This document shows, in pieces, positions 47,480 through 57,245 of a DNA stretch of 64,000 nucleotides. Origin of the DNA: Spirosoma fluviale (GTDB taxonomy: Bacteria > Bacteroidota > Bacteroidia > Cytophagales > Cyclobacteriaceae); assembly GCA_945868725.1 (NCBI GenBank), contig CAMBMU010000001.1, positions 17,402 through 81,401 on the forward strand, written 5' to 3'. Within the stretch, counting starts at the first letter, position 1. Every line of letters begins with the position of its first letter. The translations under genes and the position numbers were made by a program. Under the pieces are notes generated by a model that saw only the letters and a program-made list of their open reading frames with translations, ran no database searches and had not been told where the DNA came from.

Positions 47480-48460
47480 ATGAACAGAAAAAGCCACTTG
47501 GTTAATTTTTTGATAGCACTAGCATTTTTGCTATTTCTCTCGCTACCAAGGTTGGTGTTTGCGCAGCAAGATCCCCAGTTTACCCAATATCTTTCCGCTG
47601 GGAATTTTTTTAATCCTGCTCTCGCAGGTAAAGATATTGGAAATCAGTTTTCTGCATTCCACCGATCTCAATGGCAAGGCTATTCTTCGACCGCTGGAAC
47701 AGGAATACCTCCTACTACCCAATTGATTACGCTTCAGGGAAGAATAAAGGCAAAGAATTTTGGTTATGGTCTTACGGTAGTCAACGATAGACTAGGGGCT
47801 AGCTCGAATCTAGATGTTAATCTACAAGGAAGCTACCACAAGAAAATTAAGCGGACGCAACTCAGCTTTGGCGGATATTTTGGCGTATCCAATCGCACCT
47901 TAGATTTTGAGGAATTGCAATTTGTAAATCCTGAGCCTAGTCTTCCACCGTCGGGTACTGAGACGCAGCTTGCCTTGGATATGGGTGCTGGACTACTAGT
48001 AGATGGAGGCAATTTTTATGTGGGTCTTAGCGGTAAACACCTCAATCAAGCTTCTTTTGATTTTGGAGATGGGAGTTTTGCAAATCGACTCCAACTTCAT
48101 AACTATTTATTGATGGGATACCGAATGCGCCCAGTTGGCCAGCTACGGATTGAACCTAGTATTCTTTTAAAATCTTTGGGGACACATACTTTATCCTATG
48201 AAATCAGCGTTATAGCCACAGTCCAAAATAAATTGACAGGTGGTCTTGCTTATAGAGGAGAGGAATCGGCGTCCGTAATTCTGGGGTATAGCTTATTAAA
48301 AGATAATAGTTTAAAATTAGGATATGCGTTTGATTTAGTGATTGGGGGCAAAGATGCAAAAGGGCCCACTTCCCATGAATTGATGCTTCGTTATGCCTGG
48401 GCAGATGTTTCGAAAACAGTTAATCGAGTAATTCAAAGAACACCAAGATTTAGGTTTTAG
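47480..48460 (+). CDS. porP: Type IX secretion system PorP/SprF family outer membrane protein
   Basis: AQQDPQFTQY, NPALAG, HRSQW, GYAFD and SHELML motifs; directly upstream of gldK. Confidence 0.9.
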   Translation: MNRKSHLVNFLIALAFLLFLSLPRLVFAQQDPQFTQYLSAGNFFNPALAGKDIGNQFSAFHRSQWQGYSSTAGTGIPPTTQLITLQGRIKAKNFGYGLTVVNDRLGASSNLDVNLQGSYHKKIKRTQLSFGGYFGVSNRTLDFEELQFVNPEPSLPPSGTETQLALDMGAGLLVDGGNFYVGLSGKHLNQASFDFGDGSFANRLQLHNYLLMGYRMRPVGQLRIEPSILLKSLGTHTLSYEISVIATVQNKLTGGLAYRGEESASVILGYSLLKDNSLKLGYAFDLVIGGKDAKGPTSHELMLRYAWADVSKTVNRVIQRTPRFRF

Positions 48461-48633
48461 TCAGTATATTAGTACCACCAATTGATTAAATTGTGAGGTT
48501 TTTAACTTTCAATAATTAATTACACCTCAATAAGGTTTGTTTTATTCACCTAAAATAAGCTAACTTTCGAAAGTGTTTTTATAAGTTGGCGACTTTTGGC
48601 CAAAAATTTGATGCTACTCTAAAAAAGTCATTT

Positions 48634-49728
48634 ATGTACACCAAGGTAAAATTCCCTTTTCTATCGCTCGCCATTGGCTTCATGCTAATTTTTGTTTTGC
48701 AAAGTTGTGGACTGCTTAATAAAAAAGGGGAGGCTAGTAATAAATCGAATCGAAAAGGAGAGGTTACAGGTGTTGCTAAGCGGATTCGCTGGAAGCAAAA
48801 CCTACCTATTGATATGGTTCCTATCAAAGCAGGGACTTTTTGGATGGGCCAATCAGACGAAGATATTGCTTACACACAAGCATCGTTAAACAAACAGATT
48901 ACGATATCTGAATTTTTTATGGACAAGTACGAAGTTTCCAATAATAAATACAGACAATTTTTGGAAGCTGTAAAATCTGGTCAGCTGGATACAGATACCC
49001 CAACTACGCTTAAAGCAGCCCCTACTTTTGACATAAACGAGTTGAAGCCTGACAGTACGGTTTGGACGAAAAGTTTTGCTTTCCATTATGGCGACCCCTT
49101 GATGGAATTTTATTTTGACCATCCAGCCTTCGATGCGTATCCAGTTGTGGGTGTATCGTACGATCAAGTACAAAAATATTGTGAATGGAGAACTTACCAT
49201 TTACGTGCGAATGACGACGTCGAGTTTGACTTGCCTGCTTTTAGATTACCTACGGAAGCAGAATGGGAATATGCCGCAAAGGGTGGTAAAGAAATCGCTA
49301 AGTACCCTTGGGGAGGTCCCTATGTCAAGAATAAAAGAGGTTGTTTGATGGCAAACTTTAAGCCTGGTAGAGGAAATTACATCGATGATGGCTTCACCTA
49401 TACTGCCCCTGTAGATGTTTTTGCTCCCAATGGATTTGGATTGTACAACATGGCAGGTAATGTTTCAGAATGGGTGATGGATGCCTACAAGGTTACCTCT
49501 AGGGCGCAAACTTGGGATTTGGATCCTGTTTATTTGGATGAAAACGAGCCTAAAAAGATTGTTCGTGGAGGAAGTTGGAAAGATATTAGTCACTATCTTG
49601 AGACTTCTACCCGAACTTATGAATACCAAGACGTAGCACAAGCCCACATAGGATTCCGTACCGTGATGACATTTATTGGAAGGTCAGCTTCAATGGATGT
49701 GAATCCCAACAAACGACTTAAAAGGTAA
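48634..49728 (+). CDS. gldK: T9SS/gliding lipoprotein GldK/PorK (FGE-sulfatase fold)
   Basis: Lipobox LQS-C; YFDHPAFDAYPVVGVS, RLPTEAEWEYAA, ANFKPGRGNY, NMAGNVSEW and RGGSWKD motifs. Confidence 0.92.
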   Translation: MYTKVKFPFLSLAIGFMLIFVLQSCGLLNKKGEASNKSNRKGEVTGVAKRIRWKQNLPIDMVPIKAGTFWMGQSDEDIAYTQASLNKQITISEFFMDKYEVSNNKYRQFLEAVKSGQLDTDTPTTLKAAPTFDINELKPDSTVWTKSFAFHYGDPLMEFYFDHPAFDAYPVVGVSYDQVQKYCEWRTYHLRANDDVEFDLPAFRLPTEAEWEYAAKGGKEIAKYPWGGPYVKNKRGCLMANFKPGRGNYIDDGFTYTAPVDVFAPNGFGLYNMAGNVSEWVMDAYKVTSRAQTWDLDPVYLDENEPKKIVRGGSWKDISHYLETSTRTYEYQDVAQAHIGFRTVMTFIGRSASMDVNPNKRLKR

Positions 49729-49771
49729 TTTTCCGTTAAAAATAAATATTCAACATAAAACTAATTGACTA

Positions 49772-50572
49772 ATGGCAAGCAACAATAATTTCTTTTATTC
49801 CAAGGTAATGCCAAAAATCTACGGGATTGGCGCAGCTGTCGTAATTCTTGGAGCAATGTTCAAAATTCTGGATTGGCCAGGAGCAACTTTAATGATTGGT
49901 GTTGGTTTGACTACGGAGGCCATCATCTTTTTCTTATCAGCTTTCGAGCCAGGCCATAAAGAAGTGGACTGGGCTAAGGTATATCCTGAACTAGAAGAGG
50001 ACGGAGATGAATCTCCTAGTCCTGCTGCGAGAAAAACTGCGCAAGTTTCAGGAGATCCTATTGCTGCTCAATTAGACAACATGTTTCAACAGGCTAATAT
50101 TGGACCTGAGCTGATCGAAAGTTTAGGAAAAGGCATGAATAATTTGGCTTCTTCGGCACAGAAAATGGGGAACCTAGCAGATGCTGCAGTAGCTACCACT
50201 GAGTATGCTACGCAAGTACAATCGGCTTCCAAAACTTTGGCGAGCATGAATGATTCGTATGCACAAACTGCAACAGCATTGATGGCCATGTCTTCTGCAT
50301 CCCAAGATGCGCAAGCCTACCAATCCCAGATTCAAACAGTAACTAAGAATTTGTCTGCTTTAAATGCAGTGTACGAATTAGAACTTCAAGATTCTTCTGA
50401 GCAGAAGAAAGCACGTTCCGATTTCTATAAAAATATGTCTACAGCCATGTCGAGCTTTACTGAGGTAGGAAATGAGACTCAGGCCTTCAAAGAAGAAATG
50501 GTCAAATTGAATCAAAATGTAAGTGCATTGAGTAAAATTTATGGCGGCATGCTAAGTGCCATCAGAGGTTAA
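49772..50572 (+). CDS. gldL: T9SS/gliding motor subunit GldL/PorL
   Basis: YGIGAAVVILGAMFKI, TEAIIFFLSAFEP, WAKVYPEL, NLSALNAVYE and YGGMLSA motifs. Confidence 0.96.
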   Translation: MASNNNFFYSKVMPKIYGIGAAVVILGAMFKILDWPGATLMIGVGLTTEAIIFFLSAFEPGHKEVDWAKVYPELEEDGDESPSPAARKTAQVSGDPIAAQLDNMFQQANIGPELIESLGKGMNNLASSAQKMGNLADAAVATTEYATQVQSASKTLASMNDSYAQTATALMAMSSASQDAQAYQSQIQTVTKNLSALNAVYELELQDSSEQKKARSDFYKNMSTAMSSFTEVGNETQAFKEEMVKLNQNVSALSKIYGGMLSAIRG

Positions 50573-50604
50573 AATTATCTCTTAAATCCAAAAAATAACT
50601 ACAC

Positions 50605-52209
50605 ATGGCAGGAGGTAAAGAGTCACCTAGACAACGGATGATCGGGATGATGTACCTGGTATTGACGGCCCTTTTGGCCCTCCAGGTAAGTAATCAGATT
50701 CTCCAGAAGTTTGTCCTTCTCAACGATGGGATGGAGCGAACCTCGAAAAATTTTGTTCTAAAGAATGAGTCTATGGTAGGTTCTGTTGAATACACCATTT
50801 CCCAGCAAGGCAACAACCCAAAAGACCTTCCAAAGGTAGCAGCATCAAAAAAAATAAGGGCGGCGTCTAAGGAAGTATATGAGTATGTAGAAAGCCTAAA
50901 GCAGGAACTCATCAAAACATCCAAAGCCAAAAATGAAAAAGGTAACTATGTGAATTCGGCACTGAAGAACACAGAAATTACAGGAAATCTTTTTGCTAAT
51001 CAGGGCAAAGGAGAAGAATTAAAGAAGAAATTAAATGATTTTCCAACGACAGTAGAAGGAATTTTGAAGGGGGTTGGGATCTCGACTCTAACCTTTAAGC
51101 CTATTGCGCTAGATGCAGATAAGATTGATTTATTTGCAAATGACATCGAGGCAAAAAGTAAGTCTTTTGTCACTTTAAACTTTGTTAAGTCTCCGGTAGG
51201 TGCTGCAATTGCGATTTTATCTCAGTTTCAAAACGAGGTATTGAATATTGAAAACGAGTCGTTAACTACAATTGCAAATTCGATCGGTTCCTTTTATTTC
51301 AAAGCAGACATTACTGAAGCGAAAATTTCAGCTATTTCCAACGTGGTAGCTGCTGGGACTAAGTTTGAAGGAACGATGTTTATTGCATCTTCCTCCTCTA
51401 CGGCATCTCCAACAATGACACTGGACGGTAGATCTATCCCAGTTGATCCAAAGGGATTTGGTAAAATTGAATTTGTAGCCACTCCAGCATCAAGCTATAA
51501 CGATGCAGGCGTCGCTAAAAAGGTGCTTAAAGGTCAAATTGTCACAAATGTTGGTGGAGAAGACAAGGTTTTGCCTATAGAATATGAATATTTCGTAGCA
51601 CAGCCTGTTATCAAAATCACTTCTAAAGTTGTTTCGCAGCTCTATTCTGGTTGTGCGAATGACTTGAACATCGATGTTCCAGCACTTGGCAACTCCTATG
51701 CTCCTGAGTTTACAGTAACCAATGGGGATAGAATAAAGGGAGAAAAAGCAGGTCAAGTAACGGTTGTACCAAATGGTAGCGGAAAAGTGACCATCGGCGT
51801 CAGCAGTGGTGGAAATAAAATTGGAGACGAAACATTTGATGTCAAGCCTGTTCCTATGCCGACTGTAGTGCTTCAGACTTCTAATGGGGCTGATCTTGAT
51901 TTAAGTCAGGGACATAACGTAAATACGCTTAGTGGCGTAAAAGTTATCGCTAAAGCTGACCCTAATTTTGCAGAGACCATGAAGCGGGATTCTAATTTTA
52001 GTATTGGGAATGGCAAAATTCAATTGGTCCGTAATGATGTAGCTAGAGGTGATGCAATTCCTATTGGTTCTGGATTTAAAGGGGTTTTAGGATCTGCTAC
52101 AAAGGGGGATATAATTGTTATTCAAATTGACCAAATTGTCCGAACTAATTTTAGAGGAGAAAAAATCGCCATGAATTATAAGGGCGTAATAACGGTACGT
52201 GTTAAATAA
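50605..52209 (+). CDS. gldM: T9SS/gliding motor subunit GldM/PorM
   Basis: MAGGKESPRQRMIGMMYLVLTALLALQVS and LYSGCAN motifs. Confidence 0.96.
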   Translation: MAGGKESPRQRMIGMMYLVLTALLALQVSNQILQKFVLLNDGMERTSKNFVLKNESMVGSVEYTISQQGNNPKDLPKVAASKKIRAASKEVYEYVESLKQELIKTSKAKNEKGNYVNSALKNTEITGNLFANQGKGEELKKKLNDFPTTVEGILKGVGISTLTFKPIALDADKIDLFANDIEAKSKSFVTLNFVKSPVGAAIAILSQFQNEVLNIENESLTTIANSIGSFYFKADITEAKISAISNVVAAGTKFEGTMFIASSSSTASPTMTLDGRSIPVDPKGFGKIEFVATPASSYNDAGVAKKVLKGQIVTNVGGEDKVLPIEYEYFVAQPVIKITSKVVSQLYSGCANDLNIDVPALGNSYAPEFTVTNGDRIKGEKAGQVTVVPNGSGKVTIGVSSGGNKIGDETFDVKPVPMPTVVLQTSNGADLDLSQGHNVNTLSGVKVIAKADPNFAETMKRDSNFSIGNGKIQLVRNDVARGDAIPIGSGFKGVLGSATKGDIIVIQIDQIVRTNFRGEKIAMNYKGVITVRVK

Positions 52210-52239
52210 GGCTCTTTTTACGAGTCAAATCTATAAGCT

Positions 52240-53055
52240 ATGAACTTAATTTCTAAACATGCCTTGTTCGCAGCCCTCTTCAGCCTTGTTTTGTGGCAGG
52301 GCGCCATGGGCCAAGTAGCTACTTCTGTCAATCCCTCCACCATGGGCGTAAGACAATATGCAATGGATACGGTGTATTCCGTAAAGGGCATTCGTGAAGA
52401 CGACAAAATGTATCAAATCTCTGTTTGGAGAAGAATCGATCTTAGGGAGAAATACAATTTGCCACTTTATGGCTCTGGGGATACAAAAGAGAATGGATTG
52501 ATCAATAATATTTACAAAGCCGTGAAATCAAATGGATTAACTGCTTATCGTGATGAAAATTTTACAACTCCTTTATCCATAACAGAATTTGATTCAGCCT
52601 TTGCTTACAACGATGTCAAGGATACAGTTTTCGTAAAAAATTATTTTTACTTGGACTTTAAAGAGGATTTTCTATTTGATCGGCAACATTCCCAATTCAA
52701 GTTTGATATAAAGTATGTCCAGATCACTAGACCAGCAGAATTTAATCAAGGTGCATTTGAAGGAACTGTAGCCTATATCCGGTACAAGGATTTTATCAAC
52801 TATTTTGCAAACCATGCAGATGCTCGATGGTTGAATTTTACCAATATTTCCAAGAGTTTAACCTACAGTGAAGCCTTTGAATCCCGATTGTTCAGGTCAG
52901 TTGTGACCCGCTACACCAATCCATTGGAAGCACTGGTCATCGATTTGGTGAATAAAAATACACCAGATGATCGTCGAAAAATGCAAGCCTACTTGGATGC
53001 ACTCGCTTTCGAATATAAACTCTTAGACTTTGAAAATTCAGTTTGGGAATGGTAA
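52240..53055 (+). CDS. gldN: T9SS/gliding protein GldN/PorN
   Basis: IREDDKMYQISVWRRIDLREKYNLPL, KEDFLFDRQ and FENSVWEW motifs. Confidence 0.93.
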   Translation: MNLISKHALFAALFSLVLWQGAMGQVATSVNPSTMGVRQYAMDTVYSVKGIREDDKMYQISVWRRIDLREKYNLPLYGSGDTKENGLINNIYKAVKSNGLTAYRDENFTTPLSITEFDSAFAYNDVKDTVFVKNYFYLDFKEDFLFDRQHSQFKFDIKYVQITRPAEFNQGAFEGTVAYIRYKDFINYFANHADARWLNFTNISKSLTYSEAFESRLFRSVVTRYTNPLEALVIDLVNKNTPDDRRKMQAYLDALAFEYKLLDFENSVWEW

Positions 53056-53060
53056 AAAAT

Positions 53061-53094
53061 AAAGCCTCGAATTAGTTCGGGGCTTTGTTTTTTT
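53061..53094. terminator. Terminator hairpin between convergent gldN and uvrC
   Basis: AAAGCCTCGAA-TTAG-TTCGGGGCTTT followed by G and a T-run; overlaps the uvrC stop. Confidence 0.75.
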
Positions 53095-54877
53095 CTAAGG
53101 CTGCCAAAAGTGCTTTTGCCTTGGCAGTACCGATCACTGCAGCGATGTCCTCTTCCGAGGCCTGTTGGATTTTTTTTACTGATTTAAACTCCTTCAATAA
53201 TTTCTGAGCAGTCAGTTCCCCTATCCCCTCAATTTCCGTTAACTGGCTGTTGAGTGCTTTTTTGCTACGAACTTGTCTGTGGAAGGTAATCGCAAAACGA
53301 TGGGCTTCGTCTCGGATACGTTGGAGGAGCATTAAACTTTCCGATTTTTTATCCAGGTGAATGGGGTATTGGTCTCCAGGAAAATAGATTTCTTCGAGTC
53401 GTTTGGCAATGCCGATGATGGGCATCTTTCCATAAATTCCGAGTTCTTGAAGGGCCTCCACAGCAGAGGATAATTGGCCCTTGCCCCCATCTATTACGAC
53501 GAGCTTTGGAAGGGGAAGCCCTTCTTCAAGCAGTCTTTTGTAGCGACGCCCGACAATCTCCTTCATGCTTGCAAAATCATTGGGACCTTCGACTGTTTTT
53601 ACGTGGTAGTGCCTATATTCTTTCACGGCAGGTTTTCCCTGCTTGAAGCAAACCATGCTTGCCACTGGATTCGTGCCTTGAATGTTTGAATTGTCAAAGC
53701 ATTCGATGTGATCGGGGATTTCCTGAAGGCTTAAGTCTTGCTGTAGCTGCCGGATGACTCGATCTTTTTTGTCTTGATTGAGGCCCTGTAACAGTGCTTT
53801 TTCTTTTTTATAGTACAAGGCGTTCTTGAGGGACAAGTCAATTAGTTTTTTCTTATCGCCAATTTTTGGAACGCTTAGGTTTAGCCCTTCGATGGGTTCT
53901 AGCTCTAGGTTGACTAGTATTTCCTCCGCATCAGATTGGAATTGATCCTGCAGTCGGATGAGGGCGGTCACCAAAAGTTCTTGCTCAGATTCATCCAATC
54001 GTTTTTTCAGTTCTACATTCTTGGAGGTGATCATGGATCCATTCTTGACCCGCATGTAGTTGACATAGGCAGTTTTCTCATCGGCTACCAAGGTGCATAC
54101 ATCCAAATTGGCAATGCTTGGACTGGTGATGAGGGACCGGGCCTGGTATTTCTCAAGGAGATCCAACTTGTTTTTGATTTGTTGTGCTTGTTCAAATGCC
54201 AGTTTTTCTGCCAGAACCTCCATACGTTGCTTGAAATGAGATTTGGCAGGCGCGAGGTTTCCCTTAAGAATGTGTTTGGCTTGGTCGAGATCTGCGAGGT
54301 AGTCTGCTTCGATCTGCTTGCCAACACAGGGTCCTTGGCAATTGCCGATATGGTACTCTAGACATACCTTATATTTCTGTTCCTGAATCTTGAGGTAAGA
54401 AAGATCCAAGTTGCAAGTTCGAATGGTAAATAGCTCTCGTATGAGGTCGAGCACATTGTTCATGGCCTTTACACTCGCAAAAGGTCCGAAGTAAGTTCCT
54501 CTTTTTGGAATGTATTTGCGCGTTGGAAAAAGCCTGGGGAAGCTTTCCTTGGTAAGCACCAAATAGGGGTAGGTCTTGTCATCCCGAAGGAGGATGTTGT
54601 ATTTGGGCTGTGCTTTTTTGATCAGGTTGTTTTCAAGCAGGAGCGCATCTAATTCGGTATTGACCAGGGTAATCTCAATTTTGGCGATTTCTTTGACCAT
54701 TCGCCTTGTTTTGAGATTGATGCCACTATTTTTATTGAAGTAGCTACTTACCCTTTTCTTTAAGCTTTTGGCTTTGCCTACATAGATCAATTCCTGCTCT
54801 GTATTGTAATACTTATACACTCCCGGTTGATCCGGTAACGAAAGGTGATCTTCGGGCAGAAAAGAGGAGGAAAGCAT
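53072..54877 (-). CDS. uvrC: Excinuclease ABC subunit C
   Basis: GIY-YIG (PGVY..IYVGKAKSLKKRVSSYF), IECFDNSN, IDGGKGQL, RDEAHRFA and HhH motifs. Confidence 0.97.
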   Translation of the reverse strand: MLSSSFLPEDHLSLPDQPGVYKYYNTEQELIYVGKAKSLKKRVSSYFNKNSGINLKTRRMVKEIAKIEITLVNTELDALLLENNLIKKAQPKYNILLRDDKTYPYLVLTKESFPRLFPTRKYIPKRGTYFGPFASVKAMNNVLDLIRELFTIRTCNLDLSYLKIQEQKYKVCLEYHIGNCQGPCVGKQIEADYLADLDQAKHILKGNLAPAKSHFKQRMEVLAEKLAFEQAQQIKNKLDLLEKYQARSLITSPSIANLDVCTLVADEKTAYVNYMRVKNGSMITSKNVELKKRLDESEQELLVTALIRLQDQFQSDAEEILVNLELEPIEGLNLSVPKIGDKKKLIDLSLKNALYYKKEKALLQGLNQDKKDRVIRQLQQDLSLQEIPDHIECFDNSNIQGTNPVASMVCFKQGKPAVKEYRHYHVKTVEGPNDFASMKEIVGRRYKRLLEEGLPLPKLVVIDGGKGQLSSAVEALQELGIYGKMPIIGIAKRLEEIYFPGDQYPIHLDKKSESLMLLQRIRDEAHRFAITFHRQVRSKKALNSQLTEIEGIGELTAQKLLKEFKSVKKIQQASEEDIAAVIGTAKAKALLAALEKNKAPN

Positions 54878-54888
54878 GGGGTGAAATT

Positions 54889-54920
54889 AAAAAAAACAGC
54901 CCAACAAGTAGGCTGTTTTT
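54889..54920 (-). terminator. Terminator hairpin after the PBP1A gene
   Basis: A-run-CAGCC-CAACAAGTA-GGCTG-TTTTT. Confidence 0.7.
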
Positions 54921-54938
54921 AGGTGAGTTGATCCAAGT

Positions 54939-57242
54939 TTAGAAATCATTTTTCTTGGCATCGTAGTCAAAGCCAGCGTTCTGCTGACTGTCAAACTCGT
55001 ATTTATCACAATCAATTTCGATACTTAACGGTCGCTCCGGTCTTGGGAAAGGGCCTTTGGTATAGCCTAAACTAGTATCTCCATAAATTTTCGACATAAA
55101 CTTTACCCAAATTGGGCGGGCAGTTTTTGCGCCTTGTCCAGAGGCCCAGCTTCGGAAGTGGATAGCCCGATCATCTCCACCCACCCAAATGCCTGATACT
55201 AGGTCTTTGCTGACCCCCATATACCATCCATCGGAACCATTTTGAGTGGTACCTGTTTTGCCTCCTAGCTCATTGCCTACGCGAATGGAGCTTGATACGC
55301 CCTGGCTTGTGCCTGATTCCTCCTCAAATCCCCCTCTAAGCATGTAGGTCATCAGGTAAGCATGCTCTTCACTCATGGCTGGCTTTTTCTTTGGGGTAAA
55401 TTGATGGATTAAATTTCCATTCTTGTCTTCAATTCGATCGATGTAATAGGGAGTGATATGTTCTCCTTTATTGACAAAAGTGCCAAAAGCGCCTACCATT
55501 TCGAATATGTTCACATCATTTACACCAAGGGCTAAGGAGGGAACTTCTTCCAGGTCAGAGGTAATGCCCAATCGTTTTGCTGTTTCAATGACTATCAATG
55601 GACTCAATTTTTTCATCATGTAGGCGGTCACCGAGTTGATTGACTGAGCCATGGCTTTTCGGATAGTCATCCGCTCGTAGGAGAATTTTCCATCTGAATT
55701 TGAGGGGCTCCAGGCAGGTTGGCCAGGAATGTACACTTCCACAGGTTGATCAACTACAGCATAGCAGGGACTGTATCCATTTTCTATTGCTGCCGCGTAT
55801 ACGAATGGCTTGAATGTGGATCCAGGCTGCCTTTTTCCTTGTTTCACATGGTCAAATTTAAAGTATTTGTGATCAATGCCTCCCACCCAGGCTTTGATAT
55901 GGCCTGTGGCAGGATCCATCGTCATCATGCCTGTTTGCAGGAATTTTTTGTAATACTTCATGGAATCCATCGTGCTCATGAGCGTATCCCGCTCCCCTTC
56001 CCAAGAGAAAATTCGCATTTTCTTCTTTTCATTTAGCTTTAGCTCTATTGAATCTGTTTGGTCACCATATCTTTTTTTCAAAAGGCGGTAGGCCTCCGTT
56101 CGTGTTACCGCAGTTTCAATAAAATTTGGAATTACCTTAAAGCTTTCATCGATCCAAGGCTCTCTGGTTCCCATTTCTTTGAAAAATGCTTTTTGGAGCT
56201 CTTTCATATGTTCTCCCATGGATTCTTCCGCATAGCGCTGCATGCGACTATCAAGCGTTACATAAATCTTCAATCCATCTCCAAATAGGTCATAAGCACT
56301 TCCATCAGACTTTAAATTTTCTTTGGACCACTTGGTTAGGTCTGCTTTTACGATCTCTCTGAAATAAGTTGCGAGGCCTTGATTTTGGTTTTGAACTTGG
56401 TAGTCCAGTACAATGGGCAACTGTGAAATGGAATCGTATTCGGTTTCGGTCAGGAATTCGTTTTTTACCATTTGGGAGAGCACCGTATTCCGTCTTCTTA
56501 GGGAATTTTCAGGGTTGAAAACAGGGCTATAGTAGGTAGGCGCTTTGAAAAGGCCTACCAAAACAGCAGATTCTTGGATGGCAAGGTCTTTGGGCAACTT
56601 ATTAAAAAAGGTTTTTGCTGCTGTTTTAATTCCAAAAGCGTTTGATCCAAATTCTGAAGTATCTAAGTAAAGTGTAAGAATTTCATTTTTGGTATAAGCA
56701 CGCTCAAGCTGTGTGGCTACGATCCATTCTTTCGTTTTCACGATAAGCATCCGTAAGCCTGGAACCTTGCTTAAAAACCCAGAGCTAGCATCTGTTCTAG
56801 TTTTGAATAAGTTTTTAGCAGTTTGTTGACTTAGCGTAGAACCTCCACCCGAATCTTGACCCAGTAAGATTGATTTTACAAAAACGCGTAGCATGGCTTG
56901 TAAGTCAATACCGGAATGGTCTTCAAAGCGCTCGTCCTCAGTAGCAATCAATGCTTTTACTAAATTGGGAGATAGCTCCTCATAGGATACTGGGCTTCGA
57001 TTTTCTCGAGCAAAGGTTCCTAGAAGTACCCCGTCTGAGGAATATAGTCCAGAGGCTAATTCACTATCTGGATTTTCTAGGGCCTTGAAATCAGGAAGGC
57101 TTCCAAAAAGTCCAAGAAAGTTCATGCTCACCATCCAGACAAAAAGGACAAAAAAGACTAAGCCTGCTAAAAAGGCTTTCCACAAATAATTTATTGTTTT
57201 CGATGCCCAATTTTCTTGGGTAAATGGACCAGGTTTAAACAT
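54939..57242 (-). CDS. Class A penicillin-binding protein 1A (transglycosylase/transpeptidase)
   Basis: GT51 motifs EDERF, HSGID and GGSTLSQQTAKN; transpeptidase motifs GSTFK, SIN and KTGTT. Confidence 0.93.
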   Translation of the reverse strand: MFKPGPFTQENWASKTINYLWKAFLAGLVFFVLFVWMVSMNFLGLFGSLPDFKALENPDSELASGLYSSDGVLLGTFARENRSPVSYEELSPNLVKALIATEDERFEDHSGIDLQAMLRVFVKSILLGQDSGGGSTLSQQTAKNLFKTRTDASSGFLSKVPGLRMLIVKTKEWIVATQLERAYTKNEILTLYLDTSEFGSNAFGIKTAAKTFFNKLPKDLAIQESAVLVGLFKAPTYYSPVFNPENSLRRRNTVLSQMVKNEFLTETEYDSISQLPIVLDYQVQNQNQGLATYFREIVKADLTKWSKENLKSDGSAYDLFGDGLKIYVTLDSRMQRYAEESMGEHMKELQKAFFKEMGTREPWIDESFKVIPNFIETAVTRTEAYRLLKKRYGDQTDSIELKLNEKKKMRIFSWEGERDTLMSTMDSMKYYKKFLQTGMMTMDPATGHIKAWVGGIDHKYFKFDHVKQGKRQPGSTFKPFVYAAAIENGYSPCYAVVDQPVEVYIPGQPAWSPSNSDGKFSYERMTIRKAMAQSINSVTAYMMKKLSPLIVIETAKRLGITSDLEEVPSLALGVNDVNIFEMVGAFGTFVNKGEHITPYYIDRIEDKNGNLIHQFTPKKKPAMSEEHAYLMTYMLRGGFEEESGTSQGVSSSIRVGNELGGKTGTTQNGSDGWYMGVSKDLVSGIWVGGDDRAIHFRSWASGQGAKTARPIWVKFMSKIYGDTSLGYTKGPFPRPERPLSIEIDCDKYEFDSQQNAGFDYDAKKNDF

Positions 57243-57245
57243 AAC

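Noticed and set aside
48634-49728. Formylglycine-generating enzyme (sulfatase maturase)
   Set aside because: The FGE fold is shared, but the lipobox, the lack of the catalytic cysteine pair after RGGSW, and the position before gldLMN identify it as GldK.
45300-53055. Visibly AT-richer stretch as a horizontally acquired island
   Set aside because: It holds core Bacteroidota genes (hemD-like, porP, gldKLMN) in a typical order, with no integrase, tRNA or flanking direct repeats. The GC shift was judged by eye only.
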